Assembly (NCBI GenBank): GCA_965221125.1 | Contig: CBDCRW010000006.1 | Location: 416,001 to 480,000 of the forward strand | Source: Alphaproteobacteria bacterium | Lineage (GTDB): Bacteria; Pseudomonadota; Alphaproteobacteria; UBA828 | Reading direction: 5' to 3' | DNA length: 64,000 nucleotides | Shown: in pieces, positions 17,705 through 28,451 of the stretch | Layout: each line of letters opens with the position of its first letter | How positions within the stretch are numbered: position 1 is the first letter of the stretch | Made by a program: the position numbers and the translations under genes | Notes under the pieces: model-generated | Database searches by the model: none | The model's input: only the letters and a program-made list of their open reading frames with translations | What the model was told of the DNA's origin: nothing

Positions 17705-19639
17705 CTATTCGAATGTCCGGAGGCGCGCGAGGAGCTGCGCGATCTCGGCGTCGCTCACGTGCGCCGGGCGGTACCAGGAGCGCTCCGACGCGCTCGCGAT
17801 TTCTTGGCGGTCCGCCGGCGAGTCGGGGACGAAGCCGATCCAGAGTTCGCTCATCTCGTCCGTGGTCTCCCAGCCCCAGGTCACGGTCTCGGGCTCCAGC
17901 GCCGGGTTCTGGGGATTGTCCGCCGTGTTGTCGTAGCGGACCCAGGCGTCGATGCGGCTGCCAGCCGGCAGGTGGACCGGCTCCCGGTAGGCGTATGTGT
18001 TCTGCCAGCGGAAATCCCAGTCGGCGATGCGGACGAGGGGCGTCTCGCTGCCGTCGGGGAGCGTGGCTACGGCGATGAACTCGCGGCCGAGGAAGTGCAT
18101 GTGGGGGGTGACATCGGTGAGCGTCATGCCGGCCGGCACGTCCATGGAGAAGCGCCGCCAATAATTCTCCTCGCCTGGCGGAATGCGCAGGTCCTGCGTG
18201 CCGATGACCACGCCGTCGACGTAGCGGCTGACCGGCTCATCGGCGAAGTAGAGGCCCACCTCGCTCCGGTCGGTGGTGGCCTTGCCGTTCAGGTGGTAGT
18301 GCACCTCCAGCACCAGGTCGCCGCCCTTGGGCAGCCACATGCCGAGGCCCTTGTCGAGGACGTAGGGGTCCACGCCGGGCGCCCAGCCGCCGATGCCCCA
18401 GGCGTTGTAGTCGAGGAACGCGCCGGTGCCGAAGACCGAGAAGCCGTGCTCCGCGTCCTTCGCATCCTCCGCCCGCACGGCGCCGCTGTAGTCCATGAGG
18501 TAGTTGGCGTGGTGCACCACCTTGGCGTCGCCGGGGCTGAAGTCGAGGGCCGTCACCACCTTGTCGTGCGCGAATCCGGTCGGGATGACGAAGTAGCGGT
18601 AGATGTCGTCCCCGTCCGCCGGCACCTCGAAGGGCTCGGCCATGCTGAGAACCAGGTCGGGCTCGCCCAGGCGCCACTTGGAGCGGGAGCGGACGGAGGC
18701 CGGCATGGTGTCCTCGGCATCGCCCAGCCGGGCGCCGGTCTCCGACCACGAGGCCAGCAGCGCGATCTGGTGGTCGCTGAGGCGGCGCGCGTCGCGGAAC
18801 GCGCCGAAGCCGGACACCGCCCGCCACGGCGGCATCAGGCGCTCGCCGGCCATGAAGGAGACCATGCGGTGCCAGCGCTTCGCGTTGTCATGGCCTTCGA
18901 GGGAGAAGGGGGCGATGCCGCCCTGCCGGTGGCACTCGACGCAGTTGGCTTCCAGCAGCGGCGCGATGTGGCGGTTGTAGGTGACTTCGGCCGATCCCGT
19001 GCCGGCCCGGCTCCAGTCGTGGTGGAAGCAGCCGACGGCCTCGGTGGCGTAGGGCTCGGGCTGGCCGCCGGCGGCCATCGCCTCGATCACGGTGCGCAGG
19101 TCGTGCGCGCCGATCCGCGTGCGCAGTTTGCCGACGGCGGCGAAGCGGTCGTCGATGCGGCCCCGGTAGACGATGCGGTCGGCGGTGGAGATCACGAAGG
19201 CCTCCGACATCACGCGGGGGCCGAGGCGGAGCGCCAGATCGCCGGCGCTGTCCAGAATGACCGGGAACGCGATCCCGAAATCGTCCACGAAGTCCGCGCC
19301 CGCCTGCCAGGTGATGGCGGGGTTCGACAGGATTCCGTAGAGCGCCGCGCCGTGCGCCTCCGCCTCGGCGTGGAGCGCGTTGAGCGTCGGCACGTAGCGC
19401 GTGACGACCGGGCAGGCGGTGTCGAGAAACACCAGCACCGCCGGCTGCACCTTGCCCGTGGCGACGCCGATCCTGTGGTGGTGGCCCTTCACGTCGACGA
19501 CGCGAACGCCGATCAGATCGACCGCATCGCCCGGTCCCGGCGCCGCGACGGCGGCGAGCGGCGGCGCTGCCGCCAACAGGCAGGCGAGAACGAGCAGGAC
19601 GCGAAGTCTCTTCGCGATGGCGGCCATCGTGGTCTTCAT
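17705..19639 (-). CDS. Exported redoxin + c-type heme + type II copper monooxygenase-like fusion protein
   Basis: Signal peptide; AhpC/TSA-like FLDTACP...YRGRIDD...GC; CxxCH (CVECH, 18929-18943); VVHHAN, VHYH, PHMH, DEM copper-ligand-like motifs. Confidence 0.75.
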   Translation of the reverse strand: MKTTMAAIAKRLRVLLVLACLLAAAPPLAAVAAPGPGDAVDLIGVRVVDVKGHHHRIGVATGKVQPAVLVFLDTACPVVTRYVPTLNALHAEAEAHGAALYGILSNPAITWQAGADFVDDFGIAFPVILDSAGDLALRLGPRVMSEAFVISTADRIVYRGRIDDRFAAVGKLRTRIGAHDLRTVIEAMAAGGQPEPYATEAVGCFHHDWSRAGTGSAEVTYNRHIAPLLEANCVECHRQGGIAPFSLEGHDNAKRWHRMVSFMAGERLMPPWRAVSGFGAFRDARRLSDHQIALLASWSETGARLGDAEDTMPASVRSRSKWRLGEPDLVLSMAEPFEVPADGDDIYRYFVIPTGFAHDKVVTALDFSPGDAKVVHHANYLMDYSGAVRAEDAKDAEHGFSVFGTGAFLDYNAWGIGGWAPGVDPYVLDKGLGMWLPKGGDLVLEVHYHLNGKATTDRSEVGLYFADEPVSRYVDGVVIGTQDLRIPPGEENYWRRFSMDVPAGMTLTDVTPHMHFLGREFIAVATLPDGSETPLVRIADWDFRWQNTYAYREPVHLPAGSRIDAWVRYDNTADNPQNPALEPETVTWGWETTDEMSELWIGFVPDSPADRQEIASASERSWYRPAHVSDAEIAQLLARLRTFE

Positions 19640-20187
19640 GGGCCCAATCCTTTGAGCAATGTGCGGAGCGCGAGGTCGGCAGCGTGCGCCGGTGCGAGGC
19701 TTCCCGCCGCCACCTCGGACCAGGCGAGCCAGACCTGCGCGTCGATGTTGGCGACCGCCCAGGAGCGCGGCACGTCCGCCGCGATCACGCCGTCGGCCTT
19801 CAGCTCGTCCACCAGGTGACCGAGCCAGTCGAGTTCCTCGGCGTAGCGCTTGCGCACGCTCTCGTCGTCGACGGCCTCCGACACCAGGAAGTGATAGCGA
19901 TCGCCGAGTGGCACCACCGCCTCCAGCATGCGCGAGAGGCGCTGCTGCGCCGTCTGCGCGTCGGCGAGTGCTGCAGAGGTCGCGGCATCGATCTCGTCCA
20001 TGCACTGCGCAGACGCGGCGGCGATGAGATCGGCGCGGGACGGGAAGTGGCGGTGCAGGCTCGCCCGGCCTGCGCCCGCGCGGCTCGCGATCTCTGAGAG
20101 GGACGCGCCGGGATCGCGCGCGAGCGTGTCGATGGCCGCGTCGAGTATGGCCTGGCGCATCGGGGCGCGGAGCGGGCGCTCAGTCAT
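19636..20187 (-). CDS. TetR-family regulator
   Basis: ILDAAIDTL...SLSEIASRAGAGRASLHRHFPSR HTH; stop overlaps the start of the monooxygenase-like gene. Confidence 0.9.
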   Translation of the reverse strand: MTERPLRAPMRQAILDAAIDTLARDPGASLSEIASRAGAGRASLHRHFPSRADLIAAASAQCMDEIDAATSAALADAQTAQQRLSRMLEAVVPLGDRYHFLVSEAVDDESVRKRYAEELDWLGHLVDELKADGVIAADVPRSWAVANIDAQVWLAWSEVAAGSLAPAHAADLALRTLLKGLGP

Positions 20188-20313
20188 GGCATTGCTCGAG
20201 CCGGCGGGCGCGCAACCCGGCATGCGCGCCCGCCGGCGGCGTGGGGATCGACGGACCGACGCTTGCTGATGCGGACACGGGAATGAGGGCCTTTCCTGGA
20301 GCGATGGAGAGAA

Positions 20314-20340
20314 TGATACAACACTGTCTCATATGAGACA
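20314..20340. promoter_or_regulatory. Palindromic operator, probably for the adjacent TetR
   Basis: Perfect 16-bp palindrome TGTCTCATATGAGACA (20325-20340) overlapping TGATACA-N4-TGTCTCA in an AT-rich patch. Confidence 0.6.
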
Positions 20341-20447
20341 AGATATAATATTCCGATCCGCCGCGGCCCATTCACTACCCGGACGGCATCGAAGTCACCC
20401 CTTCCTGTACGATCCGAGGGGCGCCGAGCCGAGCTGCCGGGGCTCGC

Positions 20448-20476
20448 TTGACCGCCCTATCCACGCTCGCTACCGT
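20448..20476 (+). promoter_or_regulatory. Possible sigma70 promoter for the transaminase
   Basis: TTGACC-N17-TACCGT about 50 bp upstream of ATG 20528. Confidence 0.35.
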
Positions 20477-20527
20477 CGAATCGAGCGCTGAAGGACGGGA
20501 TCGAACGAGCGTAGCGGGGGGCTGAGC

Positions 20528-21427
20528 ATGTCAGGCGGGTGTGTCCACATAGGCGGCGAATTCGTCGAGCTCGACGACGCCAAGATGTCGATCTTCGACA
20601 CCGGGTTCCTGCACAGCGACGTGGTCTACGACGTCACCACGTCCTGGAAGGGCTACATCTTCAAGCTCTACGAGCACCTGGAACGCTTCTCGGCGTCCTG
20701 CGCCGGCTTCCACCTGACCAATCCCTATTCCATCGACGAGACCGCCCGCCTGCTGGCGGAGTGCGTGCGCCGCGCAGGGGCGGACGACGGCAGCTACATC
20801 CACATGCACGTCACCCGCGGGCTGTATCCCGAGGGCTCGCGCGACCCCAGGCTCTGCGAGAACCAGTTCGTCTGCTACGCGGTCCCCTACGTGTGGCTGT
20901 GGGGCGAGGAGAAGTCGAAGGCCGGCGTCAACCTGCACCTCGCGAATACCGAGCGGATTTCCAGCAAGGCCGTCGATGCCCGCTACAAGAACTTCCACTG
21001 GGCCGACCTGATCCAGTCGCAGTACGAAGCGTACGAACTGGGCCGGGACGATTCGGTACTGTGCGGGCCCGACGGCAACCTCGCGGAGGGGCCGGGCTAC
21101 AACATCTGGGTGGTGAAGAACGGGGTGTGCGCCACGCCCGATGCGAACTGCCTGCTCGGCATGTCGCGCAAGTCGGCGATCGAGCTGTGCGAGGTGGAGG
21201 GGATCCCGTGCGAGACGCGGGCCGTTCACCCGGACGAGCTGCGAGGCGCCGACGAGGCGTTCGTGACCTCGTCTGCCGGCGGGATCATGCCGGTGACGGC
21301 GATCGACGACAGACCGCTCGGCAACGGCGCGCCGGGCATGCTTACCTCGCGCCTCATGAACAGCTACTGGCGCAAGCGTGAAGAGGGCTGGTGCGGCACC
21401 AGGATCGACGACCTGCTCGCCGCGTGA
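20528..21427 (+). CDS. PLP fold-type IV aminotransferase, (R)-selective amine transaminase-like
   Basis: DTGFLHSDVVYDV, HLERF, KNFHWADL (PLP Lys), EGPGYN, TSSAGG. Confidence 0.85.
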   Translation: MSGGCVHIGGEFVELDDAKMSIFDTGFLHSDVVYDVTTSWKGYIFKLYEHLERFSASCAGFHLTNPYSIDETARLLAECVRRAGADDGSYIHMHVTRGLYPEGSRDPRLCENQFVCYAVPYVWLWGEEKSKAGVNLHLANTERISSKAVDARYKNFHWADLIQSQYEAYELGRDDSVLCGPDGNLAEGPGYNIWVVKNGVCATPDANCLLGMSRKSAIELCEVEGIPCETRAVHPDELRGADEAFVTSSAGGIMPVTAIDDRPLGNGAPGMLTSRLMNSYWRKREEGWCGTRIDDLLAA

Positions 21428-21449
21428 AGACTGGCCGACCGCCCGGGCG

Positions 21450-22382
21450 CTAGGCGCTTGCCGCCTGCTCCTCCTCGGGCTCGAGGAGGTCGGCGACCGG
21501 GGTCGCGTGCCAGCCGTCGGCACGCTTCGACCAGTAGAGGTCGGAGAGCCGGCCGGTGGTGATGCCCGGCGCGCCGTTGCCGATGGGCTTGTCGTTCACG
21601 CGCACGACCGCCATGACGCCCCCGCCGGACGACGAGATGAACGCCTCGTTGGCGCCCTCCAGGTCTTCGGCCGTGAGATCCGCCGCCTCGGCCGCCATGC
21701 CGACCTCCTGGCAGAGGTCGAACACGGTCTTGCGGGTAATGCCCTCCAGCAGGTTGTCGCCGGGGGTGAGCGCCTTGCCGTCGCGCACGATCCAGACGTT
21801 GAAGCCGGGGCCTTCGGTCAGGTAGCCGTCGGTGGAGAGAAGCACCGGCTGGTCCGCGCCGTTGTCCAGCGCCTCGAAGTGGGCGGCGGTGAGGTCCATG
21901 CGGTTGAAGTTCTTGCAGCGCTGGTTGATGGCGGCGTCCGGCGCGCGGCGGTTCTGGGCGATCCAGAGATGCGCGCCCGCCTTCACCTTGGGCTCCGGCA
22001 CGATGGTGTAGTAGGGCACCGCGTAGGCGATCAGCTCGTTCTCGGACGAGCGCGGGTCGCCGAAGGCGGCCCCGCCGGCGTAGAGCCCTCGGGTGCACAG
22101 CACGTAGACGATCGAATCCTTGAAGCCCGAACGGTGGGCGCACTGCGCCATGACCTGCCTGATTTCCAAGTCCGGCATCGGCGGCGTGAGGCGGACGTGC
22201 GCGCAGGAATCGTGGAAGCGCTGCATGTGATCGTCGAGGCGGAAGAACACGCCGTCGCAGACCGTGACGGCGTCGAACACCACGTCCGACTTGTGGAAGG
22301 CCGGGTCGAGGATCGGTATCGACGCCTCCTCGATCGGCATGTAGCGACCCTGGCAGTAGGCGATTCCCTTCGATTCCGACAT
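21450..22382 (-). CDS. PLP fold-type IV aminotransferase (second paralog)
   Basis: DPAFHKSDVVFD, HMQRF, KNFNRMDL, EGPGFN, LEGITRK. Confidence 0.85.
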   Translation of the reverse strand: MSESKGIAYCQGRYMPIEEASIPILDPAFHKSDVVFDAVTVCDGVFFRLDDHMQRFHDSCAHVRLTPPMPDLEIRQVMAQCAHRSGFKDSIVYVLCTRGLYAGGAAFGDPRSSENELIAYAVPYYTIVPEPKVKAGAHLWIAQNRRAPDAAINQRCKNFNRMDLTAAHFEALDNGADQPVLLSTDGYLTEGPGFNVWIVRDGKALTPGDNLLEGITRKTVFDLCQEVGMAAEAADLTAEDLEGANEAFISSSGGGVMAVVRVNDKPIGNGAPGITTGRLSDLYWSKRADGWHATPVADLLEPEEEQAASA

Positions 22383-22614
22383 GGCTGCGGCCTCCCCGGC
22401 GGCGTTGGCGGTCTGGCGCGGACGGTAAGGGGCCATGGCCCCTCGCGTCAATGTCTCGCGTTCGGTCCGGGCCGCCGGCGATCAAATTCGCGCGCGTGCC
22501 GTGCCAAGCGCAGAATAAAATGGGGAGACGGCGCGGAAGCCGCTATGATGCAGCCCCAAAGGAAGCGGAAAACCCGCCGAAGCGCCCAATTCACAGGAAA
22601 CAAGTTGGTCAACC

Positions 22615-23163
22615 ATGTCAGAAATCAGTGCACCGCCTAGCGAAGGCACGTCAATCACGGCCCAGGTCAAGTGGTTCAACCCGACCAAGGGCTTCGGCTT
22701 TCTCGTGCCCGACGACGGCTCGCCCGATGTCTTTTGCCATGTCTCGGCGGTCGAGCGTGCGGGTTTCGACACGCTGCCCCAAGGGGCCACCGTCAAGTGC
22801 GAGATCGTGCAGGGACAGAAGGGCCCGCAGGTCTCGCAAATCCAGGACGTCGACACGTCGACCGCGACCGTCATGCCGCCGAGGGGCGACCGGCCACGCC
22901 GCCCAGGCCCCGGCGGCTTCGAGAGCCGGCGCTTCAACGAGCCGATGGGTCCGACCGAGGAAATCGAGGGCACGGTCAAGTTCTACAACGTGGGCAAGAG
23001 CTACGGCTTCGTCACGCCGGACAGCGGCGGGCAGGACGTGTTCATCCATGCCAAGGTGCTTGCCCGCTCCGGCCTCGACGATCTGGAGCCTCAGCAGCGC
23101 GTGCGGCTGATGATCACGCAGGGGCCGCGCGGGCCGCAGGCGACCAGCATCGAGCTGATCTGA
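22615..23163 (+). CDS. Two-domain cold-shock protein
   Basis: [12 protein letters not shown]...DVFCH and [12 protein letters not shown]...DVFIH. Confidence 0.92.
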   Translation: MSEISAPPSEGTSITAQVKWFNPTKGFGFLVPDDGSPDVFCHVSAVERAGFDTLPQGATVKCEIVQGQKGPQVSQIQDVDTSTATVMPPRGDRPRRPGPGGFESRRFNEPMGPTEEIEGTVKFYNVGKSYGFVTPDSGGQDVFIHAKVLARSGLDDLEPQQRVRLMITQGPRGPQATSIELI

Positions 23164-23223
23164 GGCCGCTCGCCATCGGCGAGCATTTGCTTGCGGCAGC
23201 CGGTGCGGGTTGCGGCGACCCGC

Positions 23224-24135
23224 TCACGCGGGCTCTCCGGCCCGGGGAGGGCGGCTGCGCGACTGCACCGAGCCGATCACCATGATGACGAAGGCGGCGA
23301 GCATCAGCGCCGCCGCGGCCCAGACGTAGCCCGAGTGAGTCTCGCCGAAGAAGAGGATGCCCCAGCCGATGCCGCCGACCACGCCGATGATGTTCATGAC
23401 GGAGAAGAGCGAGGCGCCGGCACGGCGGATGATCAGGTAGAACATCGGCCACATGATGGCGTTGATGATGACGGCGCCGATGAGCGAGAGGTCGCCGGCC
23501 AGATCGGGTCCGGGGAAGAGATAGAGCTGGCCGGTCGCGGGCAGGAACGGGATGAGGAGCAGCGCGCCGGCGAAGAGATTGCCGATGGCGAGGCCGAGCG
23601 AGGATGACTCGGGCGGGCGGAAGCGTTCCACGTACACGTTGAGCGCGCCGAACCCTAAGGGGATCAGCAGCGCCACGGCGAACCAGAGCGCCATGCTGGG
23701 CGCGGGCAGGCTCTCGCCCGGCACGACGATGAGCAGGACCCCGGCGATGGCGGTCAGCAGGCCCGCCGCGCTGATCAGGCGGAAGCGGTCGAGCCGGAAG
23801 ATGACCGCAAGCGCATAGGTGAAGACCGGCGTCAGCGTCATCAGCAGCACGACGACGCCGGAGGGTAGCTTGGTCACGACGAAGGCGAGCAGCGCGAACG
23901 GAAAGGCGAAGCCCAGCGCGGCGCTCACGAAGTAGAGCCTGACGTGCGGCAGCGTGAGCCGCGGCAGCTCGCGGCGGACGGCCGCAGGCCCTAGCAGGAT
24001 CAGCCCGGCGCCGAGCGCGTACCAGAACACGTAGGCGAAATTGGGCATGCCCGCGTCGCCCGCGATCTTGTTGACCGGGAACAGCAGGCTGAAGTTGATC
24101 CCGGCGACGAGGATGAGGACGAGCGTAAGGGCCAT
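23224..24135 (-). CDS. DMT/EamA-family transporter
   Basis: About 10 hydrophobic helices with a two-repeat EamA pattern; GILFFGE. Confidence 0.8.
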   Translation of the reverse strand: MALTLVLILVAGINFSLLFPVNKIAGDAGMPNFAYVFWYALGAGLILLGPAAVRRELPRLTLPHVRLYFVSAALGFAFPFALLAFVVTKLPSGVVVLLMTLTPVFTYALAVIFRLDRFRLISAAGLLTAIAGVLLIVVPGESLPAPSMALWFAVALLIPLGFGALNVYVERFRPPESSSLGLAIGNLFAGALLLIPFLPATGQLYLFPGPDLAGDLSLIGAVIINAIMWPMFYLIIRRAGASLFSVMNIIGVVGGIGWGILFFGETHSGYVWAAAALMLAAFVIMVIGSVQSRSRPPRAGEPA

Positions 24136-24158
24136 GACGGGTGTGAGTGCAGGGCGCC

Positions 24159-25340
24159 CTAGTGTCCGCGCCCGGACCCGGCGACGGCCTCGATCAGCCG
24201 CATGACGACCTCGGCGGCGCGCTCGCTGGGCGGTGGGCCGCCGCGGCCGAGCTTGACGGCGATCTCCCGGAAACTCTCGATCTGGTCGCGGCGGCGGTCG
24301 GCATCCCGCAACAGCTGCTCCATCGCCGGCACGAGGCGCTCCGGCGTGCAGTCCTGCTGCAGGAACTCGGGCGCGGCGCGGCGCTCGGCGATGATGTTGG
24401 GCATCGCGACGTGCGGCACCGTGACGATGCGCCACGCGATGGCCGCGGTGATCGGGTTGGCCCGGTAGCAGACGATCATGGGGACGCCCGCGAGCGCGAG
24501 CTCCAGCGTCGCCATGCCGGAGGCGGTGAGAGCAGCGTCGCTCGCGGCGAAGGCGCCGTACTTCTCCGCCTTGCCCTCGATCACGGTGACCGGCGCGCCC
24601 CAGGATGCGGTCTGCGCGGCGACGGTCGCGCGGTTCTGCGGCAGCGTCGGCACGAGGACGCGGAGGCCCTCGATGCGCTTGTGGAGCGTGCGCACGGTCT
24701 CCCCGAACGCGTGCTCGTGCCGGCTGAGCTCGCTGGCGCGGCTGCCGGGCAGGACGGCGATCACGGGCTGCGCGGTCGCGATGCCGTGGCGATCGCGGAA
24801 GCCCGGCCCGTCGGCGTCGGCGATGGGCTCCTCGACCAGGGGGTGGCCGACGAAGCTCGCGTCCAGTCCCTCGGCCTCGAAGTAGGGCGGCTCGAACGGG
24901 AAGAGGCAGAGCACGTGGTCGAGGTAGCGTGCGATCTTCGCCGCGCGCCCCGGCCGGTAGGCCCAGACGGTGGGTGCCACGTAGTGGATCAGGGGGAAGC
25001 CCGCGCCCTTCAACCTGCGCGCGACCCGGAGCGCGAACTCCGGCACGTCGACGGAGACGCAGGCCGCGGGCCGCAGCCGGCGTGCGGTGCGCGCCGTGGC
25101 CCGGATGCGCCGGAGCATGCGCGGCACGTGGGGCACGATCTCCAGGACCCCCATCAGCGAAAGCTCGTCGTAGGGGAACAGGCTCTCCAGCCCCTGCTCG
25201 GCCATGAGCGGGCCGCCGACGCCGGCGAAGCGCACGCCGCCCTGCGTGCGCCGCCTGAGCGCCGCCATCAGGCGGGAGGCGATGAGATCGCCGGACGGCT
25301 CGCCGGCGATCAGGAAGATCAGCGGCGCGTCGCGGACCAT
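24159..25340 (-). CDS. lpxB: Lipid-A-disaccharide synthase
   Basis: IAGEPSGD, HYVAPTVWAYR, FVGHPL, LPGSR, ASGMATLE. Confidence 0.95.
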   Translation of the reverse strand: MVRDAPLIFLIAGEPSGDLIASRLMAALRRRTQGGVRFAGVGGPLMAEQGLESLFPYDELSLMGVLEIVPHVPRMLRRIRATARTARRLRPAACVSVDVPEFALRVARRLKGAGFPLIHYVAPTVWAYRPGRAAKIARYLDHVLCLFPFEPPYFEAEGLDASFVGHPLVEEPIADADGPGFRDRHGIATAQPVIAVLPGSRASELSRHEHAFGETVRTLHKRIEGLRVLVPTLPQNRATVAAQTASWGAPVTVIEGKAEKYGAFAASDAALTASGMATLELALAGVPMIVCYRANPITAAIAWRIVTVPHVAMPNIIAERRAAPEFLQQDCTPERLVPAMEQLLRDADRRRDQIESFREIAVKLGRGGPPPSERAAEVVMRLIEAVAGSGRGH

Positions 25341-25348
25341 GCCGGCCG

Positions 25349-26167
25349 TCAGCTCACGCCGATCATGAACACGCCGTGCGCATCGGCGCGCGCGACGGCC
25401 TGGGCGCGCTCCAGGATCAGCGTCTCGCCCGCCTCAATCGCCACGCCGCGGAAGCCGGCTGCGGCGAGCGTCTCGATCGTGCCGGCACCGATGGTCGGAA
25501 GGTCGGCGCGGCGTTCCTGATCGGGCTTCTTCACCTTGACGAGCACCGCGCCCGGTCCCGCCTCCTGCAACGGGGCGCAGCGCTCGATGAGCGCGTCCGT
25601 TCCCTCGACGCCCTCGACGCCGAGCACGCGCCCCGCCTGCACGACGACGGCCTGGCCGATGTCGTGGGCGCCGAGCGCCCGCGCCGCCTCGACGCCGATG
25701 GCGATGTCGCGCCGGGCTGCCTCGTCCGGCGCGTGCGCGCCGATCACGCCGGCCGGCGCGCAGAGCGACGCGATGAGCGTGTCGGCGCCGACCACGGCGA
25801 AGCCCTCGTCCTCGAGCTCGGCGATCACCAGCGAGAGCAGCGCGTCGTCGCCCTTCGCCTTCGCGCTCGCGATGCGCCCCATGAGCCGCATGCCGCGCAG
25901 ATCCGGCCTGATGGTGGAGAGGGAGGGCCGGCGGATCGACCCGGCGAGCACCACCTCGCGGCAGTTCGCGCGCTTGAGCGACTTCAGCAGGGTGCCGACG
26001 GCGCCGAAGCCGAGCCAGCGGTGGGGAACGCCCTCGCACGTCGCCGGATCGGTCTCGCCCTCGAAGGCGATGACCATGACCTCGCGGCCCTCGCCGACCG
26101 AGGCGCGCGCGATGAGGCCCGGCAGCGGTCCACCACCCGCGATGATGCCGAGGCTATTCCCTGCCAT
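25349..26167 (-). CDS. lpxI: UDP-2,3-diacylglucosamine diphosphatase
   Basis: LGIIAGGGPLP, GDDALL, DIGQAVV, EGTDALI, DLPTIG; between lpxA and lpxB. Confidence 0.9.
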   Translation of the reverse strand: MAGNSLGIIAGGGPLPGLIARASVGEGREVMVIAFEGETDPATCEGVPHRWLGFGAVGTLLKSLKRANCREVVLAGSIRRPSLSTIRPDLRGMRLMGRIASAKAKGDDALLSLVIAELEDEGFAVVGADTLIASLCAPAGVIGAHAPDEAARRDIAIGVEAARALGAHDIGQAVVVQAGRVLGVEGVEGTDALIERCAPLQEAGPGAVLVKVKKPDQERRADLPTIGAGTIETLAAAGFRGVAIEAGETLILERAQAVARADAHGVFMIGVS

Positions 26168-26954
26168 CGTCCCGTGGCTGGCATATCGAGCGGTCGCGAT
26201 CGAGCCGGATGAAGTCGACGATGTCCATGACCGGCTCGTTGTCACGGAACAGCTCGGCGACGTCCGCCAGACGCTCCGACATGGTCCCCTCCTGCGCGAA
26301 GAGCAGGCGGAAGGCGCGGCGGAGGTCGTGCACGATGTCGCGGTTGAAGCCCCGGCGCTTGAGCCCGATCAGGTTGAGCCCCGTCAGCCGGGCACGGTCG
26401 CCCATGGCCGAGCCGTAGGGGATGATGTCGTGCTCCACCCCGGACATGCCGCCGACGACCGCGTGGCGCCCGATGCGCACGAACTGGTGCACGCCCGCGA
26501 GGCCGCCGATGATGGCCCAGTCGTCCACCCTCACGTGGCCGCCCAAGGACGCGTTGTTTGCCATGACGACGTGGTCGCCCACGATGCAGTCATGGGCGAC
26601 GTGGGTCGCGATCATGAACAGGCAGTTGCTGCCGACCTGGGTCAGCATGCGCCCGTGGGGCGTGCCCGGACTCATGGTCACGTGCTCGCGGATCACGTTG
26701 TCGGTGCCGATCTCGAGGCGGGAGGGCTCGCCGCGGTACTTGGTGTCCTGCGGCGGATGGCCGATCGAGGCGAAGGGATAGATGCTCGTGCGCGCCCCGA
26801 TGCTCGTGCGCCCGGCGACGATGGCGTGGGAGACCAGGCGAACCTCGTCGCCGAGGACGACGTCTGCGCCCACCATGCAGTAGGGGCCGATGCTGACGCC
26901 GTCGCCGAGCGCGGCGCCGGGCTCGACGATGGCGGTGGGGTGAATGTCCGCCAC
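26154..26954 (-). CDS. lpxA: UDP-N-acetylglucosamine acyltransferase
   Basis: IHPTAIV, hexapeptide repeats, HVAHDC, VHQFVRIG. Confidence 0.95.
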   Translation of the reverse strand: MADIHPTAIVEPGAALGDGVSIGPYCMVGADVVLGDEVRLVSHAIVAGRTSIGARTSIYPFASIGHPPQDTKYRGEPSRLEIGTDNVIREHVTMSPGTPHGRMLTQVGSNCLFMIATHVAHDCIVGDHVVMANNASLGGHVRVDDWAIIGGLAGVHQFVRIGRHAVVGGMSGVEHDIIPYGSAMGDRARLTGLNLIGLKRRGFNRDIVHDLRRAFRLLFAQEGTMSERLADVAELFRDNEPVMDIVDFIRLDRDRSICQPRDDGRE

Positions 26955-26955
26955 G

Positions 26956-27422
26956 TCAGGTGTCTTCCAGGATCATCGCCGAGTACGTCGCTTCCGCGAC
27001 CGTCTGGCCCTCGACCGCGGCCCTGGCCTCGAACTTCCAGACGTTGCGGCGGCGGTGCTTCTTGGTGACGTGGATGAAGAGCTGATCGCCCGGCACCACG
27101 GGGCGGCGGAAGCGGCAGTGGTCGACCGACATGAAGTAGACGAGCTTGCCCGCCATCGCGGGCCCGAGGGTCGCCACCACGAGCACGGCCGCGCTCTGCG
27201 CCATCGACTCGATGATCAGCACCCCCGGCATGACGTGCCGGCGCGGGAAGTGGCCCTGAAAGTACGATTCGTTGATCGACACGTTCTTGATGCCGGTGGC
27301 GCTCTCGTCCGGGATCACGTCGATCACGCGGTCGATCATGAGGAACGGGTAACGGTGGGGGATCGCCTCGAGGATCTCCTCGATGTCCATGCGCTCCACC
27401 GCCTGCTGCGGTGCCGTCTCGT

Positions 27423-27426
<4 letters not shown>
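26956..27426 (-). CDS. fabZ: 3-hydroxyacyl-ACP dehydratase
   Basis: [29 protein letters not shown]. Confidence 0.95.

Positions 27427-28450
<1,024 letters not shown>

Positions 28451-28451
<1 letters not shown>

Noticed and set aside
22615-23163. Double cold-shock domain protein as a novelty
   Set aside because: Well known in alphaproteobacteria
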